The translations under genes and the position numbers were made by a program. The notes beneath the pieces were generated by a model. It saw only the letters and a list, made by a program, of their open reading frames with translations, did not search any database and was not told where the DNA came from. A DNA stretch of 64,000 bases, from the NCBI GenBank assembly GCA_002269645.1, contig NIVC01002656.1, forward strand, positions 210,175 to 274,174, in the 5' to 3' direction. Source of the stretch: Macrostomum lignano (taxonomy: Eukaryota). Positions 51,055-61,527 of the stretch are shown piece by piece. How positions within the stretch are numbered: position 1 is the first letter of the stretch; the number at the start of each line of letters is the position of its first letter.

Positions 51055-51791
51055 GCTTGCTTGGTTGAGTTGTGTAGCCTGATGAAGCTGAGAAGCTGAG
51101 AGATATCTCGTTTGCTGTTGGTTGAGTTCTGCTCTCTTAGGCGTCTCGCATTTATGCAGATAAACTCAGCACGTTTTTCCGCAAGTTGTTTTTTTCTGTT
51201 TTCTCAATGGCCTTCACGAGCGGCTGCTTTCTTTTGAGTCTTTAGGCCAAGTGCAATAAAAAATTTTTACCGCTTTTTCAATTGTCACCGCTGGGCGCTT
51301 CTCAAGCATAGGGAGGGGGGCATTGACTACAGCTGCTGTTAGCCATCTTTCTTTGCATTGTCTTTCTCTGCACAGCCCTTCGCCCTGCCAAGGCCGCTTC
51401 GTGGAATGCAAGCCGTGTTTACGTAGCCAGAAAACCTGCCACATAAGATAGCAATGTGCTCCTTTTATGGCCCGAGTTCGTTGGCACAGCAAGTTCAGAT
51501 GAAATTGCATTGCAATTATACTTATACCCAGACGCAATAGCAAAATATTTTGGCCATGATTCCACACTTTTCAGGTTCTAGGCCATAGACAAAAGGATTT
51601 GACAGTAGAGGCTTCCTTGAAATAATATATATATTAATTGATATTGAACAAATGCAGTGTTGAAAACGCCAAATTACATGAAAAAATGATAATTATCTTA
51701 AGCAAAACTTTTGCAACACACTTCATCAGTTTGTATAGTCAACATTTTACAGCGAGTGTTTACTTATCGCCCCGAAATAAAGCTGCAGTTC

Positions 51792-52100
51792 TCAAAGCGG
51801 CAGTTCCATCTGCTCATTGAAGCCACTCACTTCCGGCAGGTCCGGCAGTTCTTCAGTTCCATGGTCGTTCTCAATCCAATCAATGAAATCCCGCAAGGCC
51901 TGGTCATCGTGGTGGTCCGTTGAACTGAGCTCAGACAGCAGTTGCAACTCGTCCATCTTGACTCCGTTTAGCGAGTCCGCGGGAAGATGTTTCCAGTAAT
52001 AAGCGCAGCCATAGTTGCCTTGTAGAGAGAGAGCTTGAATTTTTGAGAACCGCATAACATAATCAAAGACTTTGAGGAAACTGTTTTGTCTATGGCCCAT
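51792..52100 (-). mobile_element. Crypton-like 5' remnant (acidic N-terminal segment only)
   Basis: WKHLPADSLNG..DELQLLSELS..DDQALRDFIDWIE..LPDLP aligns with the N-termini at 52500 and 60561. Confidence 0.5.
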
Positions 52101-52221
52101 CTAATTATATGGTAGACCTCGTATAGCTCTCGTGTGTTTCGTCTATGGTAAACTAAATCGCAAAACAGCCAATAGCACCAGGGCCAAGAAGTGTTGAATA
52201 ATGGCAGCGACAAGTGTTAAA

Positions 52222-55200
52222 TAATGGTAGGTTAATATGAAGCACAAATTCACGTTAATGGCCAAGGGTACGCGCACGAGTGGCAATTTGGCCATTAACT
52301 TGAATTTGTGCTTCGTATTAGCTGCATTGATTGAATTGTCTATGGGTGAAAAGGCAGGAAAGAAAATATCGATGCGTACACTTCATGTCAATGGCCAGTA
52401 CCGCAGATAACATTGGTGAAGCAGTTGTCTATGGCCGAAATTGGAGGCAGAAATAATAATAACGCAGAAAGAATACAGACTTTGGACAGAATTTTCCCCA
52501 GTTGCTCTACTGTAGCTATGTCCGTTATCAACTTAATCAATTGGGGCAATTTGCCCTGCGACGAACTTGGCAACATAACGAGTTCGGAGTTGGACTTCGT
52601 TGCTGCTGCTTCTGCGAGCGAACGCCATGACGAAGAGTTCGCAGCTTTTTTGCAATTCATTCAAGAGCCACCTTCGGATACCAGCAGTTTGCCGTTGCTT
52701 GAAGAAGACACGGTTGATATATCGGAGATGGACAGAGTTGAAATCGACAGTTTGCCACAAGACACAAGGAAACAAATGTACCAGTTTGGACAACGCTTCC
52801 AGGAGTTCATAAAGTCCGAGAAACTAAAAGATATTGAATTCACTACAAACGAAGCACTGAATCAGTATCTACGTTATTTTTCTATTTCAAGCTAAAAAAG
52901 CAGGAAGGATCAGTCTACTCTCCAGCAACGCTTATATGCATTCGGGCCGGCATTCAACGTTTTCTGCGGATGGTTTTGAAACGATCGGTTGACATCATCA
53001 ATGGTGAGGAATTCCGATCGAGCAACGAAATGCTGCGCGTAAAGGTGCGCGAATTCCATCGAGCTGGACTGACCACTAAACAGTACAAACCAATCGAGAC
53101 TGGTGATATGCAAAAGCTTGCATGCTACTTTGAGGGAGGTACGGCAGTGGCAGAGCAGGACAAATTTCTGTTTTGTCCTTTATTGCTTGAGCGAAAGAGG
53201 CCAAGAGCACCTGCAGCATCTGACACGACGAGATGCATTAGAGCTGCACACCGACTCTGATGGTAAGGAGTTCTACTGTCTCCCGCCCCTTCCGTCTAAG
53301 AATAAGTCCGCGGATCCAGTGAGAAGTAAAGCAAAACCCGACAACAAGCAGGCAAGGATTTACGATACTGAAAAGGTACGACGGTATCTAGACCTTCTAC
53401 CAGTTGAAACCAAGGATGAAACCAAGTGAGGAGGGCAAGGTGGAGACCAAGAAAGACGGGAAGCGCGCCGCTCCCGGAGCTGGGGCTCAGGCTCCGCCGG
53501 CCAAGCGGCAGCAGCAACCCGATTCCGAGCCTAAGAAGGCTATTCGCGCTGCTGAGTCCGCCTCGCGCGGACGTAGACCCGCCCGCAGTAACCGGCGGTC
53601 CGGTCTAATCCAGCGCGCACTTGACGAAGCTCAGTCTCTGAGACTTCACCTCGAGCAGACTCGTGCCGCTCGCAAAAGCACTGAAAGCCAGCCGAGGGAA
53701 CTGAACGACGGCATGGCTCAGCCTTCCAACTGGTGGGATTACCACCAGCAGGACGCTGCCGGCCGAGCTCAGACTCCCGACGGCGGGGCGCAAGGCGAAG
53801 GCAGCAGCCGTACCCCAGTCGCTGGGGAGGAGGGCGGTGTGGCGCGGCTAGGTGACTCACCTGCCGTGGGCGCCGTGTCCGTCTCCGCGGCGGCTGGGGA
53901 GGCGGCTGAGCCTGAGCCAATGGAAATTGGCGACTCAACTCTCACCGATGAGGCTGAGAATGAGTTGCTTTTCTCCTCCCCTGGACAGTAGACATGACTG
54001 TCTCCCAGGGCATCCACTGCTTGCAGGTCAACCTGCAGCACAGCATTGCTGCTTCAGTCAACCTCTTGAAGCACACTGACCAATACGCGCCAGGGATTAT
54101 CCTTATCCAGGAACCTTGGACGCTAAGGGGCAGTCCCCAACATGTCCCCACCGGCTACCAGTGTTTAACCGCTGGCACCCCGGGAGGGAAACCTGGCACC
54201 AAGATCCTGCATCATGGTGTCCAATTCTATTAACGCATGGCTCAGATCGGACCTGTCCACCAGGGACATCTGCGTCATCCAATCTGAAGACATACTCCCT
54301 GGGAGGACTACCCTCATCGCCTCGGTTTACCTACCGGGCGACGGCGAGATGATCCCAGTAGAGCTTGTCACACTGGTCGAGCTCTGCTCCACCAGAAATT
54401 ATGAGCTGCTTGTGGCAGGCGATATCAATGCCCACCACACCCACTGGGGCAGTTCTGATATAAACCAGAGAGGTGAAGACTTCCTGGCTTATATTGCTAC
54501 TACAACCCTTGAGTTCTGTAACTCGGGTAGTACCTCTACCTTCAATAACGGACGCCGATCGGAGGTGCTGGATGCCACCCTCGCCACGCCCAGGCTCTTC
54601 CAGAGCACTAGGGAGTGGCGAGTGCTTTCTGAGACGTCCCTCTCCGATCACAAGTTCATCTCTTTCACGCTGACCAGCGCCCGAAACGCAGGCCAGCTTT
54701 ACTGGAAACGGAATGCTAGGAATACCGACTGGACCGCCTTCAGGCTTGCCCTGGAGGAGACCTATCGTTGCACTAGCACTCCAGTCTCCATCAACACCTG
54801 CGAGGAAGCAGATGAATTTGCGGCCGCACTTACGGACTCGCTCACTGAGAACCCAGGAGAAACACTGGAAGCGATGCTAACAGCGTTTTTTCCGAACGAG
54901 CCAGCCAGGCCCGACCCCCCTGATCACTCAGTGGGCGGACACGTACTGGCCGACTCAATCATCACGGAGGACCGCGTTACTAAAGCAGTCTCCTCCTTCA
55001 AACCCTTCAAATCCCCAGGACCGGACGGCGTTGTGCCAGCCTTCCTACGGGAGGCGGTGAAATGCACACTGGTTTTCTGCGGAACCTTTGCCGGCTTCTG
55101 AAAGCCTGCATTGTTCTCGGCTTTGTTCCGAAACCCTGGACCGAGGCCAAGGTGGTCTTTATCCCCAAGCCCGGCCGACCGGACTACCGGTCCATTAAAT

Positions 55201-57947
55201 CCTTCAGACCAATTAGCCTCACCTCCTCATTGGTGAAGCTGTTGGAGAGACTGGTGCTTTGGCGCCTCCTCTCTGTGGAACTAAAGAACAAGCCGCTCAG
55301 TGAGAACCAGCACGCCTTTCGGGTAGGCAGGTCCACGGAGAGCGCGCTTCACGTTTTGGTTGACATGCTGGAGAAAGCCGTTCTTGGTAATGGCTACGCT
55401 CTCGCTGTCTTCCTCGACATTGTTGGAGCCTTCGATAATGTCCTCTTTGAGGCTTTTGACAGAGCTCTACGTGCTAGAGGAACCCACTCGCACCTCACCC
55501 GGTGGATCATGTATATGATCAGCCACCGTACTGCCACCGCACACCTGTTGGGCCACCAACGGACGGTTACCGTCTGCAAAGGCAGCCCCCAGGGCGGTGT
55601 CCTCTCTCCAGTTCTCTGGAACATGGTCATCGATGAGCTCCTCCAGGACAGCCATCTTGACCCCATCCTTAAGGTCGGTTACGCCGATGATGTCACAGCC
55701 GTGGCATCCGGACCGTCACCTGAAACCCTTAGGGATCTTCTGCAAAACTTTATTTACTCTGCTGAACGATGGGCGGACAGGTGCGGCCTCAGGCTCTCTG
55801 AGACCAAAACTGTCGCGATCATGTTCACCAGCAGGGTAAACTGGCGTATTCGCCCACTAAAGCTTTACGGGGTGGAAATTCCATCCTGCAAGCAAACCAA
55901 GTGTCTCGGCGTGACGCTGGACCATCGGCTGAGCTGGTCCACCCACGTCCAGGCCAAAACCAAAAAAGCCCTCGCGATTCTTGCGCAGCTGCGCAGAGCC
56001 GTCGGCACCACCTGGGGCCTCACCCCGAAACGGCTCTGGTGGATCTATACCGCAATGGTCCGACCGGCCGTTACTTACGCCCGCCTGGTCTGGACCAGCG
56101 CCTTGCAGATTAAAACCTGCCACGAAGCCCTCAAAAAGGTGCAGGGACGTGCATGCCGCATGATCCTGAATGCCCCGCTCTCTGCTCCCTTTGACGGCCT
56201 CAACGCCTTTCTTTGCCTTCCGCCTCTGGACATCTTTGTCCGTCGCGAGGCTGCTAAAACGACCCGCCGGCTCATCGAGGCTGGCGTTAGCTTCAAGCCA
56301 CAAAGAGCGATGGCGAAGCGCAAGCTCCTGCCGCACTCTGACCTGTGCATTAAAGTTCTGGAGGAGAGTGGGAGTGCGGCTGTCCTGTCGGACGCTGAGC
56401 CGCGCTCCCTCAATCTCTACCAACGCTTCAAGGTCACTATCCCCTCCAGGGAGAACGCCAACGACAGCTGGGCCCCTCAGGAGGTTCACTGCTTTACTGA
56501 CGGATCCTCCAAAGACGGTTTATCCGGCTTTGGAGTCTGCATCCTTATCAACGGCCGCGTGATTGCTACTCACGCCCAACACACTGGCAGACTCTCCAGC
56601 GTCTTCCAGAGTGAAGTCCTTGCTATCAGCTCCTGTGCAGCTGAACTCCACTGCAAGGACTTCAAGGACAGAAGAATCTTCTTCCACTCTGACAGCCAGG
56701 CCGCTTTACAGGCCCTGTGTCACACCACTACGAACTCCCGAACAGTCCGCGACTGTATCGGGCAGCTCAACAAGCTGGCTCGGAGGAACACCGTCCGGCT
56801 TACGTGGATCCCAGGACACGCCGGCTTTAAAGGTGAAGACGCCAAGCACTTCGTCTGCTACTGCCCGGCCTTCAACCGAGACCGGCTCAACCACCTCGGG
56901 CCCAACCCGTCCCTGGACGACGTTTGCCGGCCCGAGAACATCCCACGGCTCATCCGGTTCCTCCGGGCCACCAAGCGAGCCTCCGTCTTCCTCACCGAAG
57001 ACAACGCTGCAGACAGGACCGGCAGACCTCCCTGACCGGCCCCGCGCCCTAGCCTATGCGGGTCTTTCAGGGATTAGCGGAATGGGCGACGCTCGCCTCC
57101 CCGCTGCGTCTTCGGACCGCCCTGCAGCTAAGTCAAAGTAAGTCAAGGATAACCATCTATTTCCACAAACTCTGCGAACGGAAGTCCTACGTATTCAACG
57201 AAGCAGAATCGCGGTGTCAACTATCTTGTTCGATTCATGCATAACTTGAGCGAGAAGGCTGGGCTATCAAAGATGTATTCCAACCATTGCACCAGGTAGT
57301 ACGACTAATTTTTTTGATCTCGAAAATAACAGATTTTAGATCTTTAATTTATGAGAGAAACATTGTAAACTACATGCATTAGTAATTTAACATCATTAAT
57401 CATATTTTCTTAGGGTCACCAGGATTACGGATCTAGAGGCCGCGGGACATAGCATGGCCGACATTATGTCCATCACCGGCCAGACATCTGAACGAACGGC
57501 ACGCAGGTACCTTACAAAACGTCGGGACCGATCTCTGCAAGCGAGCAGCTCTGCTGTGACATTGGCATTGGCACTGCAAACTAAAGAAGAAGAAGTTAAA
57601 GTTGACCAGGCCGGACACGTAGGACCAAGCAATTCTGGGGCCAGTGAGCTTGATGTCAATGTGGTGTCAAACATGCAAATCACCGGCGTTAATCAGGAAA
57701 ATCTGGCGACGGCGAAGTTTAGCTTTAACAACTGCACCTTCTCCGAATGCAAAATCGTTTGATAAATAAGACAGCTAATGATATGAAGCTTAATACGACT
57801 TGATAGGAATTTACCATAAATAATTTAAAATAAATTGTTGCTTCGTTTGTCTGGTTTGCCCTTTACATTAAAATAGCTGTTTGTCTTACAGTTAATGATC
57901 GGTCATTAATCAGAGGACATTAACGTGAAGTGACATTTCGATCAATG
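52222..57947 (+). mobile_element. Crypton-type DNA transposon (tyrosine recombinase, DUF3504/KCTD1-like), degenerate, interrupted by a LINE
   Basis: Coding 52413-53417 plus 57151-57762, with at least 3 frameshifts: YFYFKLKKQEGSVYSPATLICIRAGIQRFL, RGQEHLQHL, NHCTR (HxxR), TGQ, RRY; GT-AG intron 57296-57413; short AATG-core terminal direct repeats and a palindromic left end. Confidence 0.8.
53418..57143 (+). mobile_element. Non-LTR retrotransposon, R1 group/LOA-like (APE-RT-RNase H), 5'-truncated and degenerate
   Basis: ORF1 tail to 53991; ORF2 from 53994: QVNLQH/IQEPW/GDINAHH/SDH (APE), FRPISLTS, FLDIVGAFDNV, GSPQGGVLSP, GYADD (RT), FTDGS/SEVLAI/SDSQAA/WIPGH (RNase H); two frameshifts; AAGT(C) tail; TSD CAAGGAT at 53411-53417 and 57144-57150. 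Confidence 0.92.
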
Positions 57948-58218
57948 CCACTCTATGCTTGAGAAGTGCCCAATTATAATAATTGCAACAGCGTTCAACA
58001 ATATGAAAGCAATTTCATTGTTCCTGACCTGAGTCCAAAAGAGAGCAGCCGCTCGTGAAGGCCATTGCGAAAAAAGAAAAATAACAACTTGCGGAAAAAC
58101 GTGCCGAGTTTATCTGCATAAATACGAGACGCCTGATAGAGCAGAACTCAACCAACAGCAAACGAGATATCTCTCAGCTTCTCAGCTTCATCAGGCTACA
58201 CAACTCAACAAAGCAAGC

Positions 58219-58491
58219 ATGAGATGGCAGTTCGTTCTCGGACTCCTGCTGTGCGCGGCTCTGGCCGCCGCCAGACCCAGCCAGGAGATGTCGGAGGAGG
58301 ACGCGGAGTCGATGGCGGCTCTGGAGGATCTGGCGGGCTTGGACAAGCCGGAAATGACCGAGGAGAAGGCCGCTGAGCTGGAGAAGAAGTGGCGCATGCG
58401 TCACCGCATCCACTTCAGGTGGAGGCGGGTGTACGGCGTGGTCCACAGGGTCTACAGGGGGTACCGGCGCATCATCTGCGGAAAGCGCTGA
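58219..58491 (+). CDS. Secreted cationic peptide precursor, copy A2 (90 aa), putative antimicrobial peptide
   Basis: Same signal and propiece as A1, KK, then WRMRHRIHFRWRRVYGVVHRVYRGYRRIIC-GKR*; AATAAA at 58662. Confidence 0.85.
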   Translation: MRWQFVLGLLLCAALAAARPSQEMSEEDAESMAALEDLAGLDKPEMTEEKAAELEKKWRMRHRIHFRWRRVYGVVHRVYRGYRRIICGKR

Positions 58492-59045
58492 AACTCAAGC
58501 AGACTCTCTGCAAAACAAGCTGAGCCGGACCTGTCTAAACTCGAGTAGTGACTCGAACCACGAAAAACAGCACAAATTTGTTACCCTTCAATATGTAATT
58601 TCAATATTCTAAATGTATATTAAGCTGCATTAAATACAACGGTCCACAATTATCGATCATCAATAAAAATTATGATCATCTCTTTTTATCGGTCAATCGG
58701 CCGCGAACTTTATTGATCAAAATTTTTCAAGGATGGAAGTCTTATATTTGTTCCTATGACGGTATTGAATTAACTTAGCGAGCATTTTTGCTGCATTTTT
58801 GATATTTGTTGGCCGCTGAAATTTCATAAACAGATTGCCGGCCAATGTAGAGCTGGGCTCAGTGCCAACTGGGAACAGAGGTAACTATAGATTTGGCCTG
58901 GCTGCGAAGTTTGACAACCTTGAAGAATGCCAGGTAAGCAAGCAAACTTTAACTCACATCATAAGATTCATCACTCCACTGCCACGGTCGCCGACCAACC
59001 AAATAGTGGGCGCTTCCTGCCAGGGGACGAGACTGAGCTACCATT

Positions 59046-59405
59046 CAGGTTGCTCGGCTGAGGAGTGGCCACTCAAAGCTCTCCACACAGCACAACTCAA
59101 CTGCTCAACTGCCCGGCCAACAACTCCGACCTGGAGGTCATCGACCTCTGGCAGCGGCCAGTGAAGGCCGCCGGTTTCCTCTGCCTTCTTGATCAATCTA
59201 CTGAGCAATGGTCAAACAGACACACATACACACACTCACTCACTCACCCACCCACTCACACACTCACTCACTCACCCACCCACTCATTCACTCACTCACT
59301 CACTCACTCACTCACTCACTCACTCACTCACTCACTCACTCACTCACTCACTCACTCACTCACTCACTCACTCACTCACTCACTCACTCACTCACTCACT
59401 CACTC
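59046..59405 (+). mobile_element. 3' fragment of an I-group-like LINE followed by a (CA)/(ACTC)n tail; inverted copy at 62376-62750
   Basis: SPHSTTQLLNCPANNSDLEVIDLWQRPVKAAGFL resembles the PH.T.HL..CP....L...DLW..P..AA.FL ORF2 C-terminus; followed directly by a microsatellite. Confidence 0.55.
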
Positions 59406-60216
59406 TGCCAGGCACAGACAGGAAAAACAGGCACAGACAGGCACAGACTGGCATGTGGACTGGAACAGACTAGCACACACTGGCAGAGACTGGCACAGAC
59501 AGGCACAGACTGGCAGAGACTGGCACAGACTGGCACAGATTGGCACAGACTGGCAGAGACTGGCACAGACTGGCACAGATTGGCACAGACTGGCACAGAC
59601 TGGCACAGATTGGCACAGACTGGCACAGACTGGCACACACTGGCACACACTGACACAGATTGGCACAGACTGGCACACACTGGCAGAGACTGGCACAGAC
59701 TGGCACAGACTGGCACAAACTGGCACAGACTGGCACAGACAGGCACAGACAGGCACAGACTGGCACAGACTGGCACAGACTGGCACAGACAGGCACAGAC
59801 AGGCACAGACTGCTGCTTTGCTAGCTCCTCTTAGGTAGCTGCTGCAGAAGTGACAATGTACCATATCACCCTGTTGAGGCTGGAAAGCCAATGCTTTGGC
59901 TTTGTATTTATCGTGTGACAGCTCCAGAGAACTGATGACCGTGGTCTCCCACAATGCATTGAGTCAGGGTGCCCTCAGCTCTTGCATTCGTACAGGTAAA
60001 AAACTCAATAAAATAGGAGCATTATATCGTACCAAGGTTAATACGATTATGAGATCCGTTCGTAATTCAGACTGGAAACTGAACTGCAAAAGCTATAAGC
60101 AAATCATAAAGGAATTCAATTCGATAGGAAATTTCCGAGCAGAACCAGTCGAAGCAGATTGAATCGAATCAGATTGCAGTTCCATGCAGTTCTTCTCAGT
60201 AAGCATCAATAATGCA

Positions 60217-61280
60217 ACTGCCATAGCGTCGAGGCCGGTAGGCTGAGACGCGGTAAGGCAGTTGTGTGTTAGGCGTGAACTCTCGATACACTGTAGTGGA
60301 ATTGTGTCTAGTTTCGTCCAAAAACCAATTCAAAAAAGCTAGGACACAACTTCCCAGACGGGAATTGTTCACTAAGCGATTCTAGGGATTTGTGTCATAG
60401 GCATTTTCCACTTGGCGCAAGCCAAATGATGGCCATAGACTAAACGTATGTGGCCATTTAACCTTCATTTAAATGTTAAATGAATTGCGGTCTTATAAGC
60501 TGGAACTCTGCAGCAGAGGGTACATGTTCCTGTTTCCTCCGTTTGCCCTAACCTCTATTCATGCCACTCATACGAATGATAAATTGGTCGAATTTGCTGA
60601 TTGAAAGCATTGACGGCTTGAATGGAAATGAGGTCAACTTTCTCAGCGACTTGAGTATGGGTGGACGTGATGAGGCGGATGACAAAGAGTTGATGGAGTT
60701 CATCCGATTCATTGAATGCGGTACCGATGATGCTCTGCCAACACTGCCAAGCAAAGAAGAGGCTTGCCCTGAGGATTCCATGCGGAACAAGCCGTGCGAT
60801 TCGGCCGATGTGAGTGTAATTATTGTCGATTATAGCTCTACTCATCGATTATTGCGAACAATTGGTCTACGTTTCATTATGCCCACGTTACGGCCGTTTT
60901 CGTACATGTATACAATCTGTTTATTCGGCTTTATTGTATTGAATAAAAAATATCCTCGCAAACGCATTGATACAGGAATATACAGATTGCTTATCTGCAA
61001 ATAGGTATATCCAAATATAACCCGTTGGGAATATCCAAAGATGGGGGCGGCTTGACCATAGACTATTCGCAGATAAGCAATCTGTTGTATTCCTGTTTCG
61101 ATGCCTGAAAGGCGCGCAAAAATTTACTTAGTTCACAATTTCCGTCGACGCAATCGTTTGTGGCCCAAACGAAACTAGACACAATCTACCATTGTGTGGT
61201 ATGCAATTGAGTTGAATAATGGCCAAAACACGAGTGCGCGTAGCGCACGTATGTCTATGGCCATTATTCAACGAAGTTAC
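60217..61280 (+). mobile_element. Crypton-derived non-autonomous element with N-terminal remnant ORF 60561-~60800
   Basis: Starts at GCCATAG; internal inverted motif GAATTGTGTCTAGTTTCG / CGAAACTAGACACAAT; terminal palindrome GTTGAATAATGGCCA...TGGCCATTATTCAAC (61211-61272). Confidence 0.5.
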
Positions 61281-61356
61281 GAGTACATACCATACAAGTG
61301 CATTGTATTTATGCTTTTACCCCGGCACCATGTCGTTATTCCACACTTTTTGGCGG

Positions 61357-61527
61357 CCATTGATCGAAATGTCACTTCACGTTAATGTCCTCTGATTAAT
61401 GACGGTCATTAACTGTAAGACAAGCAGCAATTTTAATGTAAAGGGCAAACCAGACAAACGCTACGCGCACTCGTACCCTTGGCCATTAGCTAACTTGAAT
61501 TTGTCCTTCATATTAACCTACCATTTA
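61357..61527 (-). mobile_element. 171-bp mini-Crypton (both ends of the 52222-57947 element joined)
   Basis: 61357-61462 is the reverse complement of 57843-57947; 61467-61527 is the reverse complement of the left end 52222-52285. Confidence 0.8.

Noticed and set aside
49984-51099. Long Cys-rich ORFs (VPVCACLC...) and [12 protein letters not shown] ORFs at 59065-59954 and 61955-62637
   Set aside because: Translations of 10-bp and 4-bp simple repeats that are open in several frames
52970-57762. Bacterial or phage integrase from horizontal transfer or contamination
   Set aside because: It contains a spliceosomal intron and DUF3504-type motifs, which fit a eukaryotic Crypton
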